From the NCBI GenBank assembly GCA_016782425.1, contig JADHYN010000001.1, positions 655 through 64,654 on the forward strand: a stretch of 64,000 nt of DNA, in the 5' to 3' direction. Origin of the DNA: Candidatus Omnitrophota bacterium (GTDB taxonomy: Bacteria; Omnitrophota; Gorgyraeia; JABMRN01; RBG-13-46-9). A program made the translations under genes and the position numbers. Of this stretch, positions 1-9,507 are shown piece by piece (position 1 is the first letter of the stretch; each line of letters begins with the position of its first letter). A model generated the notes under the pieces. That model had not been told where the DNA came from. It saw nothing but the letters and a program-made list of their open reading frames with translations, and did not search any database.

Positions 1-870
1 TACTGTCAGCAGAATACTGAATGCTTCGAAATCAAGATTAAATAGGTTAAAAGGGTTAATATAGTGGTAAATTACAAATCCCTTGCGTCCTCCAATGATT
101 CCAAATAGTAAAAGAAGCATGGCAATAAAAAAACATGCGCGGATTGTGTTTGTAACTACAAATGGAAGTTTTCTTTTTTTGATTTTTCGCAAAATTGGAA
201 TGCTATAAATAAGCTCTTGCAAAGCACCAAAAGGACATGCCCAGCCACAAATTATCTTATTCCCAATAACAGCTAGTATAATGAAAAAACCAAAAGCGAT
301 TACTTTAATCATTGGGTCAGGGTAAAGCCCTACCATGGATTTAAATACCTTAACAACAGCTTCCATCGGGTTAGGTGATTTACCAAGAAGAAACCCAGCA
401 ACTGTTACAGAAAGCAATAGAGAAACAATATATGGAGTACGTGGATACCAGTCACGGCGGCTTTTAATATCCACCCCATCTGGACGCCCCAGCCTTATAA
501 GAAATACAAGTCCCAAAAGAACCAATGCTGCATAAACATAATATTTAAGCATAGAATCTCGATGGGATAGAATATGTTCAATGGCATGATCAAGCTCTTC
601 GTATGTTACCTTTAATAACTTGAGAGGCTTTTTCTTGGAAATATCAATCGGTAACTCAAGCTCCCTAGCAAGGCCTTTACCTGTAACCCCAAGTTTGGGA
701 GCAACATCCTGAATAGACATATTAATATTGAAATCGATTGATTCCTTTGATTTGCTGGGTGGGCTTGACAAAATACCAAGGGCTGCGATTGTAAGCATTC
801 CTGCTAAAGACGAAAACAGCCAAATTCGTTGTTTAAAAGAGATTTGAGAAAGCCAAGAACTAGTACTCAT
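1..870 (-). CDS. Membrane-bound 4Fe-4S-binding (NapH/FixG-like polyferredoxin) protein, 3' end outside window
   Basis: Not in the ORF track. Hand translation from ATG 870 (MSTSSWLSQ...) stays open to the window edge, with several TM segments and the motif NKIICGWACPFGALQE. Confidence 0.75.
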   Translation of the reverse strand, partial: MSTSSWLSQISFKQRIWLFSSLAGMLTIAALGILSSPPSKSKESIDFNINMSIQDVAPKLGVTGKGLARELELPIDISKKKPLKLLKVTYEELDHAIEHILSHRDSMLKYYVYAALVLLGLVFLIRLGRPDGVDIKSRRDWYPRTPYIVSLLLSVTVAGFLLGKSPNPMEAVVKVFKSMVGLYPDPMIKVIAFGFFIILAVIGNKIICGWACPFGALQELIYSIPILRKIKKRKLPFVVTNTIRACFFIAMLLLLFGIIGGRKGFVIYHYINPFNLFNLDFEAFSILLTV

Positions 871-952
871 TTTTTCTTCATAACATTATAATAGTAAAAT
901 TGGGAATGGAAACCATCTGACATCCGAAAGTCCTGATAAAGATTTTTTTCAT

Positions 953-1843
953 TTAAATCAAACCCTTAAAGCCCAAGTCCCTGTAGATCACAACATGGTC
1001 CTGCTGTTGCACTAAGGGTCTTTTTTTTCTATAGAACCTATCGTAAATAAAATCAGCGATCTCCTTTCTCTCGGCCAAATTATACCTATGTACATTCGGA
1101 TAAAGCAATACCATCCAGATCACCGCCATGAATTTATTGAAATCTTTTACTAAGCATTTTACGTTGCTTGTTTTTGATATTATCTGAGTTTTCTTAAAAT
1201 TTTGGTTTTTAGCCAACACTTTTTTAAATCTCAAAATGTCCTGATCGTTTTTATGATTGAAAAATTTTCCTGCAAAATGATTGTAGAGCCATGTTGTGGA
1301 ATAAGGATTTCTGCTTTTAGATGACATAAGCACGATGTGTATGGCGCCTTTGCGAGCCAGGATAATTTTAAACAAGTTCTCAAGTATCGCATTCCATTGT
1401 TGCTCCTGGGCGTAATAAAGGGAATGGTGAAATATAATAAGTTCGACTTTTTTGCCGTTAAGCTTTTTTCTAAAGAACTCTTTTGTAGTTTTCTCTCTTA
1501 GAAATAGCCCTCCATAATCTGCCTGGATGGTTTTTACATGTGTGACGAACTGCCTTTGAATGCGCTCCCTTACTACATCTAAGGCTTTTTTCTCTATGTC
1601 TACCAGGTAAAGCCCCCCGCGAAATGCCGTTTCTAAAATACGAAACTGCGGTTCATTGCTTGACCCGATAGAAAGCGCCCTCATCTTCTTTGAAAGGGGT
1701 ATTGACTTGTGCAAAGTTCTTATCACTTTCGCAAGCGCTTTTCCTATATCAACTTTATCATTGCTATATCGCGACCATATTTTATCTTCCTTAAACATCT
1801 CAGTACGGGCGGCTCTAAGCCCGGATCCTATAACTTTTTTCAT
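953..1843 (-). CDS. Class I SAM-dependent methyltransferase-like protein
   Basis: 296 aa; ALSIGSS motif-I-like segment, LVDIE acidic strand end, HHSLYY. Confidence 0.6.
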   Translation of the reverse strand: MKKVIGSGLRAARTEMFKEDKIWSRYSNDKVDIGKALAKVIRTLHKSIPLSKKMRALSIGSSNEPQFRILETAFRGGLYLVDIEKKALDVVRERIQRQFVTHVKTIQADYGGLFLREKTTKEFFRKKLNGKKVELIIFHHSLYYAQEQQWNAILENLFKIILARKGAIHIVLMSSKSRNPYSTTWLYNHFAGKFFNHKNDQDILRFKKVLAKNQNFKKTQIISKTSNVKCLVKDFNKFMAVIWMVLLYPNVHRYNLAERKEIADFIYDRFYRKKRPLVQQQDHVVIYRDLGFKGLI

Positions 1844-1845
1844 GG

Positions 1846-2220
1846 CTATTCTCCTCGGATTATCTCTTCATCCTTCTTGCGCCAGGCAGGATCAACTATG
1901 CATAAAAAAATCAAATCTGAATTGCCGATATTTTTTATATACTGTACTGAGTGTGGCGGAATATAAACGGCGCAACCTTTGTTTACCTTTGAAGTTTTTC
2001 TATCTACGTGCACTAAGCCTGAGCCTTCTAAGATATAATAGACCTCCGATGTTTTAAGCCTGTGGGGCATTGTAACCCTGCCCGGTTTAACCACTGCGTG
2101 CGCCAAGCTATAACGGAATTTAAAATTTCCTTTATCTCTATGCAGCAGTTCCCGTAAAATTGCTTTATCTCGGGAAATGAACTTTTTGCATTTATTTAGT
2201 CGTTTTATAATCATATACAA
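1846..2220 (-). CDS. Cupin domain protein
   Basis: PHRLKTSEVYYILEGSG...VYIPPHSVQYIKN cupin motifs. Confidence 0.85.
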   Translation of the reverse strand: MYMIIKRLNKCKKFISRDKAILRELLHRDKGNFKFRYSLAHAVVKPGRVTMPHRLKTSEVYYILEGSGLVHVDRKTSKVNKGCAVYIPPHSVQYIKNIGNSDLIFLCIVDPAWRKKDEEIIRGE

Positions 2221-2352
2221 GCCCTCCCCTCTCTCCTTTTTTTAAAAAAAATCGCTTGCGTTTGGCTCCTTCTAGATTTTTCTATCGGCCAAATATTTGT
2301 TGTTTATTTTTTGACGACACTTTTTTCTCTACCTTTTCATTACCAGAACTCT

Positions 2353-3507
2353 TCATTCCTTGTACCTATCAGCGAGCTGTTCGACCAGATATTCAAAAAT
2401 TATCGACGTCTCCAAATCATCATAGGTATCCTGCGGGTGATATTGCGTACCGAGCATCGTCTTATACTCATAGGCATCTATGATGACCCGGTTTTTCAAT
2501 ACCTTTTTGAATTCTTCGTTAAATTCTTCGTATTTTTTGTCGATGATCTTATCTTTATACTCGCTTAAGGGATGATAGGAAATTACCTTGACGTCATCGG
2601 GAATCGGCTCTATCAAACATAAAGAATGGTCAAAATCCTTATTCATGTACATTTCTTCGCCGGGCTCCCCTTTGCCCTTAAAAATTTCAGGTACGGGATA
2701 AACGAATAAACTGTATTCCATATAACCGGAATCTTTCTTGTGCGTATGAAGCATTTTAGTGATGTGCCATGTCTCCTCTTTGGCGTATTTTTGGCCGGTC
2801 TTTTTAAACGCAACATCATAGCCGTTCTCTTTATACTCAAACAACCTTCCCAGTTTTCCACCGGCGTGCATATAACCTATTTGTGCCCCGTGGCAGGTTC
2901 CCCATATCGGTTTGTCCTGTTTAAACGCGGCGTCTATAAAGAATAAAATGTACAATGTCTCCATGATGTCTTTAGCATTGGCACCATCCGGCGTATCGAC
3001 CAGGGTAACATAAGGCTTCAAAAAGATAGGATGAGCGCCGTACGTATAGTTTGGTTCGATTATCAGGAATTCGAATTCGGCCATGAACTCTTCAATTGTG
3101 GCGTGAAGTTCGGACAGGCGGGACTTAGGATTTCTCTTTATGTACTCGCGGATACCCTTTAAGAGCTCATCCGTGCGGGGATTGGCTTTTTTTATTGCCA
3201 TAACCTCGGTAACACATTCGTTCAGTAAATCCAGCAATTCCTTTTGAAACTCCGCCTTCTCGTCAAGAAATTCGTGTTGAAACGGGTTGAATAGGACAAA
3301 CGACATTTTCAGAAGCGGTTCAACCTTTTTTGCGCTATCCTTGAAAGCGTAAAATATCTCGGGCTGCATCCTTGTGTGCTCTCTAGAGGAAATCACAAGC
3401 GTATCAATTTCGATTTGCTCGTCTTTTTCCGCAAACGCAAACAAGAATGACGCAAGTAACGCAATCGTTATAAAAAGAAAAATGCTAAATTTTTTGTTGC
3501 CACGCAT
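2353..3507 (-). CDS. Signal-peptide-bearing class I glutamine amidotransferase-like (peptidase C26 / PuuD-like) hydrolase
   Basis: N-terminal hydrophobic signal ending AFA; KPIWGTCHGAQ nucleophile elbow; GTQYHPQ. Confidence 0.65.
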   Translation of the reverse strand: MRGNKKFSIFLFITIALLASFLFAFAEKDEQIEIDTLVISSREHTRMQPEIFYAFKDSAKKVEPLLKMSFVLFNPFQHEFLDEKAEFQKELLDLLNECVTEVMAIKKANPRTDELLKGIREYIKRNPKSRLSELHATIEEFMAEFEFLIIEPNYTYGAHPIFLKPYVTLVDTPDGANAKDIMETLYILFFIDAAFKQDKPIWGTCHGAQIGYMHAGGKLGRLFEYKENGYDVAFKKTGQKYAKEETWHITKMLHTHKKDSGYMEYSLFVYPVPEIFKGKGEPGEEMYMNKDFDHSLCLIEPIPDDVKVISYHPLSEYKDKIIDKKYEEFNEEFKKVLKNRVIIDAYEYKTMLGTQYHPQDTYDDLETSIIFEYLVEQLADRYKE

Positions 3508-3646
3508 TTTTAGCCCCTTTCACTTCTTTATCACGCTTATCATGACAAATCCACCCTCATCAAAGCTTTTTTACGGTTAAAAAATCACACCTCTTTTTCG
3601 ACACTATCTAATTTTAAAAAAGGTACGAATGTATATTGCTTTCATA

Positions 3647-4735
3647 TCAGGTTGTCCTGCCAAACAGATGTTTGGTTTTTAAGCATACCCTTACCAGCAT
3701 AAGCATAACCGGCACTTCAATCAATACGCCTACAACAGTAGCTAAAGACGCTCCTGAAGATAGCCCAAAGAGTATCGCGGAAGTAGCAATGGCAACTTCA
3801 AAATGATTGCTTGCGCCTATCAATGCTGAAGGCGCAGCATCTCTGTATGGTAATTTAAGCCATTTTGCCAGGGCATATGCGATAATAAATATCAAGCACG
3901 TCTGGATAAATAACGGGATAGCTATCAAAAATATAATTTGAGGCTGGCTTATAATCAACTCTCCTTTAAACGAAAATAAAAGTATTAGCGTGAGGAATAA
4001 GGCGCTGATAGAAACCGGTGTTAAATAATGCAGGAATTTTTCTTCAAACCACTTAAACCCTTTTTTTCTAATAATCCATTTTCGGGAATGGTACCCCAGA
4101 AAAAGAGGCAGGCCAACATAAGTCGCAACAGATAAAACTATCGTCTGCCATGGTATGGGCATTTTATTTACCCCTAGCAGCCACCCCCCTAAAGGAGCGT
4201 ATAGAAACAGCATAGTCAAAGAATTTATAGCTACCATAACAAGCGTGTGGCCGTCATTGCCCTTAGATAGATGTCCCCAGACAAGAACCATTGCTGTGCA
4301 GGGCGCAATACCTAATAAGATACATCCGGAAATATAAGACCTGTATAGCGCTACCTCTTGTCCTCCTTTAACAATTTCAAATCCCGGAAGCCAGCCTTTA
4401 AAAAGCACTCCTAAAAAGAGAGTCGCGATAGCGAGCATGGTAAAAGGTTTAATGCACCAATTTACAAACAAGGTAAGAATAACCGGCTTAGGGGCCTTTC
4501 CGGCTTTAATAACCTCGGCAAAATCAATTTTTACCATAATCGGGTACATCATAAAGAAAAGGCATATTGCTATGGGAATCGACACCTGGTGTATTGAAAT
4601 CTTATCTAATGTGACTGCCACCTGCGGAAATAGCTTTCCCAATAAAATACCTAAACCAATGCAGCCGACAACCCATAGGGTTAGATGCTTTTCAAAAAAA
4701 CTTAAGCTTCGTTCTTCGTGAATAACGTGTTCCAT
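3647..4735 (-). CDS. acr3: ACR3 family arsenite efflux transporter
   Basis: [43 protein letters not shown] signatures. Confidence 0.93.
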   Translation of the reverse strand: MEHVIHEERSLSFFEKHLTLWVVGCIGLGILLGKLFPQVAVTLDKISIHQVSIPIAICLFFMMYPIMVKIDFAEVIKAGKAPKPVILTLFVNWCIKPFTMLAIATLFLGVLFKGWLPGFEIVKGGQEVALYRSYISGCILLGIAPCTAMVLVWGHLSKGNDGHTLVMVAINSLTMLFLYAPLGGWLLGVNKMPIPWQTIVLSVATYVGLPLFLGYHSRKWIIRKKGFKWFEEKFLHYLTPVSISALFLTLILLFSFKGELIISQPQIIFLIAIPLFIQTCLIFIIAYALAKWLKLPYRDAAPSALIGASNHFEVAIATSAILFGLSSGASLATVVGVLIEVPVMLMLVRVCLKTKHLFGRTT

Positions 4736-4742
4736 TTTAAAA

Positions 4743-5423
4743 TTATAGTAAATAATTCCAAATAAAATACAACCCGACTAGCACAAATATAACACCTGTT
4801 ATTTTTCTTGTATACTTCTCGACAGCAGCTATTTTATGAAACCAGTGTGAAGCTGATAATACGCCGAGCGCGATTCCTATCGCAAAAAGCATGACCGGAA
4901 GCCCTGTACCTATGCCAAAAAAGAAAGGCAAAACTATGCCTGCTTTGCTACTCAGCGCCAAAGGAATAAGGCTACCGAAAAATAACGCCGCGGAAAGCGG
5001 GCAAAAAGAAAGCGCAAAAATAGCTCCCAATAAGAATGCGCCTTTTGCCCCTGACCTGGCGAGAGACTCCTGTTTTTCCTTTGAAAGTGAAAATCCAGGC
5101 GTATTGAGGCGTATCACGCCCAAAAGAAACAGCCCAACCACAAGCAATAAAGGGCCCAATATTCTGTTCATATATTTTTGCAGAAAGTTCGCAACGGAAG
5201 GAACGCCGGCGATAGACGTTATAATAACTACTCCCAAAATAGCATATGCGGCCATGCGCCCAAGAGTATAAGCGCTTCCTGCCAATAAGACCGCTTTGGG
5301 ATGATTTATTTTCTTTGCCAGAAAAGAAATAGCGGCAACGTTAGTTGCTAAAGGACAGGGACTAATCGAGGTAAGTATGCCCAGCCAGATGGCAGATCCA
5401 AAAGTAATAAAAATCTCCATCAC
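4743..5423 (-). CDS. ArsG-like (DsbD/CcdA-type) aromatic arsenical efflux permease
   Basis: [10 protein letters not shown] and ALSFCP TM Cys motifs; ~6 TM; located in arsenic cluster. Confidence 0.75.
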   Translation of the reverse strand: MMEIFITFGSAIWLGILTSISPCPLATNVAAISFLAKKINHPKAVLLAGSAYTLGRMAAYAILGVVIITSIAGVPSVANFLQKYMNRILGPLLLVVGLFLLGVIRLNTPGFSLSKEKQESLARSGAKGAFLLGAIFALSFCPLSAALFFGSLIPLALSSKAGIVLPFFFGIGTGLPVMLFAIGIALGVLSASHWFHKIAAVEKYTRKITGVIFVLVGLYFIWNYLL

Positions 5424-5839
5424 TACATATCTTTCAGAAAAATAGCGACTTCGCTTTTAACATAATCGGTATACTTTGTTTTATTCCTTACGTATTCCCA
5501 GATTTTATCGAGATTTTTATGCTTTACTTCTTTACCGTCTTTTACTAAAGATAGGACCAGCGATTTTGTGTAGAGCTGGTAATCATTTACAAAATGTTCG
5601 TTTTCTTTTTCTTCTACGTTTACTGTCTTAAAAATAAGATTGCCTTTAGCTAATTCTTCGCTGAAATTATTGTCAATTGCATCTTTGGCATACTGCTCTA
5701 ATTTTTGACAGGTAGGGCATCGGAAGGCTCCGTGAAAATAATAAACTATAACTTTGCTGTTATCGCAGAATGCGGAAGATGCACTAAAGAGAACTGTTAC
5801 TAAGATAAGGATGGTTAAAAACTTTTTTATGCTAACCAT
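5423..5839 (-). CDS. ArsF-like exported thioredoxin-fold protein
   Basis: Signal peptide; VYYFHGAFRCPTC motif; context. Confidence 0.75.
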   Translation of the reverse strand: MVSIKKFLTILILVTVLFSASSAFCDNSKVIVYYFHGAFRCPTCQKLEQYAKDAIDNNFSEELAKGNLIFKTVNVEEKENEHFVNDYQLYTKSLVLSLVKDGKEVKHKNLDKIWEYVRNKTKYTDYVKSEVAIFLKDM

Positions 5840-6057
5840 TTTTTAATCTCCTCCGCTTGAGGTATCTTACCTACTATTTTTACTTTCCCGTCTATAACAA
5901 GCGCCGGTGTCATCATTACGTCATAGCTTGTAATTTTATCCATATCTTCCACTTTTAGCACTTCGGCCTGAATGCCTGATTCTGCAACAGCCTTTTTAGC
6001 ATTTTCATAAAGCATTTTACATTTAGGGCAACCCATCCCGAGAATCTCTATTTTCAT
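5827..6057 (-). CDS. Small redox-active disulfide protein (MTH895/ArsE-like)
   Basis: MKIEILGMGCPKC...MMTPALVIDG. Confidence 0.85.
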   Translation of the reverse strand: MKIEILGMGCPKCKMLYENAKKAVAESGIQAEVLKVEDMDKITSYDVMMTPALVIDGKVKIVGKIPQAEEIKKWLA

Positions 6058-6068
6058 TTTTCTCTCCT

Positions 6069-7241
6069 TTATTTAGCTATGATCCCAAATAAAATTCCGC
6101 TTATAGTGGCCATCACAACAACCAAAAATATATACACGATAGTTTTTTTCGTTCCTATGACACTTCGGATTACGAGCATACTGGGCAAACTAAGCGCCGG
6201 CCCTGCCAATAATAACGCTAATGCAGGACCCTTACCCATGCCTGCGCCGATCAGCCCCTGTAATATCGGTACTTCTGTAAGCGTAGCAAAGTACATGAAC
6301 GCGCCGAATATTGAAGCAAAGAAATTAGCGAATAATGAATTGCCCCCGACTAATCTTTCAACAAATACTGCCGGGATTATGCCTTCATGCCCTACCCTGC
6401 CAAGAAGAAAGCCGGCAACCAGTACCCCTAAAAGAAGTAGCGGCAGTATTTGAAGAGCGAACTCCCAGCTTGAATTTACCCATTTTTTAAGCTCATCTTT
6501 CTTAAACCATTTTATCAGCATCAACGCTAATGCTATCGCAAAAAAAGATGTAACTACCCACTTAAAATGATATATATTTGCCCATATTCCTGTATCTTGC
6601 GAGTCGGGTTTTGTCCAGTTAGCAAATACTAAAATTACAATCATAGAAGCAAAGTATATTGCGTTTTTCCACAAAGGCCTCGACACCTCTTCTTCCGGTA
6701 TTGAAAAGTTACCTTCTGCGTGGCGCTTTATTTCTTCTTTAATGAATATTAGATGCATTAAAAAACCGATAACTACGCTAAAGACTACTGCCCCTATTGC
6801 CCTCGCAAGGCCAAGCTCCCATCCTAAAACTTTGGCTGTAAAAATTATAGCCAATACATTTATGGCAGGACCGGAATAAAGAAACGCGATAGCAGGCCCC
6901 AATCCGGCTCCGCGCTTATAAATACCAGAAAATAAAGGCAGAACCGTGCAGGAACAAACAGCTAAAATACTTCCCGATACAGATGCCACGCTGTAAGCTA
7001 ATATTTTCTTGGCCTGCGCCCCAAAATATTTAATTACAGCTGCCTGGCTTATAAAAACCGATATCGCGCCCGCTATAAAGAAAGCCGGGACAAGACAAAG
7101 TAATACATGTTCCCTGGCATACCATTTTGCAAGCGCCAATGCTTCGAAAGCGGGATTCCTAAATGGCAGCAGACTTAACGGTAAATAGTAAAAGCCTAAG
7201 AATACCGCTGTAACTATAATAAATTTATTCAGATTTTTCAT
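6069..7241 (-). CDS. ArsP/DUF318 family permease
   Basis: AVCSCTVLP, FLYSGPAIN, MYFATLTEVP, LLAGPALSLP; ATG 7241 preferred over GTG 7253. Confidence 0.85.
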   Translation of the reverse strand: MKNLNKFIIVTAVFLGFYYLPLSLLPFRNPAFEALALAKWYAREHVLLCLVPAFFIAGAISVFISQAAVIKYFGAQAKKILAYSVASVSGSILAVCSCTVLPLFSGIYKRGAGLGPAIAFLYSGPAINVLAIIFTAKVLGWELGLARAIGAVVFSVVIGFLMHLIFIKEEIKRHAEGNFSIPEEEVSRPLWKNAIYFASMIVILVFANWTKPDSQDTGIWANIYHFKWVVTSFFAIALALMLIKWFKKDELKKWVNSSWEFALQILPLLLLGVLVAGFLLGRVGHEGIIPAVFVERLVGGNSLFANFFASIFGAFMYFATLTEVPILQGLIGAGMGKGPALALLLAGPALSLPSMLVIRSVIGTKKTIVYIFLVVVMATISGILFGIIAK

Positions 7242-7245
7242 AATT

Positions 7246-8745
7246 TTAAGCACGCTGATTGGGGTCCTGGGATTTTATATACGAAAGCAATCTTGACGTA
7301 AATAAAGACGCAACGCATATTTTGCTATAATCGATCCGGATATCATTCAGGTATTGCAACACGAGATTCTGCCGGGATCCCGAAGGCAGGATACCCGAGA
7401 AGAAAAATCCCATTTCCTCAAAATCTTTTGCGAACTTCATGGTAAGCGGATCGCAAAGATCAAGATAAAGAAAAACGGCTTCTATTTTGTTATGCACCAG
7501 TTCTTTTAAGCTATGACGGATTTTTTCTTTAATATCCGAGCCGTATTCTTTGATATGTATGTAGCCCGTGGACATGGGGCCGTGTATTTCTGTTTCTATT
7601 ACGGAATATTCGCGGGAAACGACAGGCTCCGCCTGTTCCTTCCACTCTACCGGAACGCCGATATTCGAATAAATATCCACAAGCACGGCCTTGTGATGCC
7701 CGGGAGCGTAAAGCGATTTATTCAGGTCCTGATTAATATCCCGGAATAACACCACCATGCTTTCACGCTGCTGGCCATGCTCCAGAGAATCCCTGAACAT
7801 GCTGGCCTGCGCCATTCCTATCATAATTCCGCATTCTTTGAAGTTGTTTTTTAAAATAACCTTCTGTGAAAATGGGTGAATGGTAACAGCCGTGGCGTAC
7901 AGCCCTTTTATACCTTCTTTCTTGGCTTCATTGATGAGGTATTCGCAAATGCGATTAAAACATCCCTGGCGCCTGAAGTTCGGCTTTGTAAAAGCGGCTC
8001 CCAGTTCTACGGCGTTCTTTCCTTTGAACACCTCAAGCGTGGCATGGCTTACAATTTCACTTGTTTTATCACTAACCGCAACACCTGATATTAGTTCTTT
8101 TTTCCTGTTCATCTCGGCGATTCTTTCAGGGTAATAAATAAATTCGTGTATATAATTATATCCGTAGGTTCGGTAAGCGCACTGCGACACCTCTATGGAT
8201 TTCTCCGGATTAAGCAATTCCACGCGATAATCCGCTTTTTCTATTGGCTTTTTTTTCGGTCCAACGGGATTTTTATAGGGCTTGATTTCTGATTTATCAA
8301 TGCATTTATCGATGTGTTTTTGATGAATATATTTAACCAGGTGAACTTCCTTGCCTCCGAAGCCGTTATTATGAAAGGATAGTTCGTCAACGCTATGCTT
8401 CATAAGATAGACGCCAAGTCCCGTGGTCTTGCCTTCTTTTATTACTCTATCGATAGAGTATTCCTCAACATCACCCGGGGAAAATGGATAGCCCTTATCC
8501 TTTACGATAACCTTAAATATAATAGAAGAGGCTTCGCAGATCACATCAAACAGAGCCGCCTCTTCCGGTAAAAAGGCATGTTTTATAACGTTTACCGCGG
8601 CTTCATCGGCAGCAAGAACAATTTTGTCAACGTCATCTTCAGGAAGTCCTGCCTTCTTTGCAGCTTCACGCACACAGGCCCGCGCTGTAGGAACATAAGA
8701 AAAATGGGCCGGCAATTTCAGATGTACAACTTCTTTATTCTCCAT
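7246..8745 (-). CDS. RsbW-like anti-sigma/Ser-Thr kinase domain fused to a GNAT acetyltransferase
   Basis: LAADEAAVNVIKHA, DKGYPF, GLGVYLMK (GHKL fold); TKPNFRRQGCF acetyl-CoA motif A. Confidence 0.8.
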   Translation of the reverse strand: MENKEVVHLKLPAHFSYVPTARACVREAAKKAGLPEDDVDKIVLAADEAAVNVIKHAFLPEEAALFDVICEASSIIFKVIVKDKGYPFSPGDVEEYSIDRVIKEGKTTGLGVYLMKHSVDELSFHNNGFGGKEVHLVKYIHQKHIDKCIDKSEIKPYKNPVGPKKKPIEKADYRVELLNPEKSIEVSQCAYRTYGYNYIHEFIYYPERIAEMNRKKELISGVAVSDKTSEIVSHATLEVFKGKNAVELGAAFTKPNFRRQGCFNRICEYLINEAKKEGIKGLYATAVTIHPFSQKVILKNNFKECGIMIGMAQASMFRDSLEHGQQRESMVVLFRDINQDLNKSLYAPGHHKAVLVDIYSNIGVPVEWKEQAEPVVSREYSVIETEIHGPMSTGYIHIKEYGSDIKEKIRHSLKELVHNKIEAVFLYLDLCDPLTMKFAKDFEEMGFFFSGILPSGSRQNLVLQYLNDIRIDYSKICVASLFTSRLLSYIKSQDPNQRA

Positions 8746-8778
8746 TACTTCTCCTTATCAAATATGTCATTCACCACA

Positions 8779-8812
8779 AGCAGTAGGGGAGGCTTAAGCC
8801 TCCCCTACTGCT
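8779..8812. repeat. Perfect 34-bp palindrome, REP-like (GTAG type), copy 1; may also act as a terminator for maf
   Basis: AGCAGTAGGGGAGGCTT|AAGCCTCCCCTACTGCT; near-identical copy at 47937-47970. Confidence 0.8.
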
Positions 8813-9392
8813 ATTTATCGAATATATTTATTCCAGCCTTTTTCAGGAGTTTTGCGAGTTTCGCGAGCGGCAGCCCCACGACGTTATAAAAGCATCCCTC
8901 GATCCGGTCTATGAATAGGCCGCCTCTCCCTTGTATGTCAAAGCTTCCAGCTTTATCGAAAGGCGAGGTCTCCTTAAAATAACCCTTTATATCGCGCTCT
9001 GTCATTTTGCACATGCGTATCTTTGTTTTTTCGTAATCTTTATAGATTTTATTCTTATCGATGTCAAAAACAGCGAGTCCTGTATAAACCCACTGGGGTT
9101 TTTTAGAGAGTAGTTTAAGGGTTTTTACCGCGTCTTTCATGCTTTTCGGCTTTCCGATCATCTTTTTCCCCACTAAAACAACAGTATCTGCGCCTATTAT
9201 AACGCCTTTTTTGCGCTGTAAGGCAACCTCGCGCGCCTTTAAAGCCGCATTCTCCATGACAAGGTCTTCGCATCGCTTTTTAGAAGTTCTTTTTTCCCTG
9301 ACCCGGGACGACGCAGTTTTAAACTTGAGCCCTATTTGTTTTAATATGGCTTTACGCGCTTTTGATTTTGACGCGAGTATTATTGTCCTCAT
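8811..9392 (-). CDS. maf: Maf family nucleoside triphosphate pyrophosphatase
   Basis: IILASKS, IIGADTVV, IGKP, DKAGSFDIQG, NVVGLPL. Confidence 0.92.
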   Translation of the reverse strand: MRTIILASKSKARKAILKQIGLKFKTASSRVREKRTSKKRCEDLVMENAALKAREVALQRKKGVIIGADTVVLVGKKMIGKPKSMKDAVKTLKLLSKKPQWVYTGLAVFDIDKNKIYKDYEKTKIRMCKMTERDIKGYFKETSPFDKAGSFDIQGRGGLFIDRIEGCFYNVVGLPLAKLAKLLKKAGINIFDK

Positions 9393-9409
9393 TTTTTATT
9401 TTATTACAA

Positions 9410-9503
9410 GATTACACAGATTAGGAAAAGATTACACAGATTATAAATCAGACAATCTGCGTAATCTAGGTTGCGTATTTATACGCAAGAAATCTGTGTA
9501 ATC
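9410..9503. repeat. Intergenic element: 2 direct and 2 inverted 13-bp units with an internal palindrome
   Basis: GATTACACAGATT at 9410 and 9430; AATCTGYGTAATC at 9454 and 9491; TTGCGTAT-TT-ATACGCAA at 9471-9488. Confidence 0.85.
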
Positions 9504-9507
9504 ATTC

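Noticed and set aside
8746-8830. Short similarity between the maf 3' end (NIFDK) and the DNA before the RsbW-GNAT gene (DIFDK)
   Set aside because: About 12 bp of imperfect match; compatible with chance
9410-9503. Possible CRISPR mini-array
   Set aside because: Units are 13 bp, two are inverted, spacers are too short and no cas genes are present
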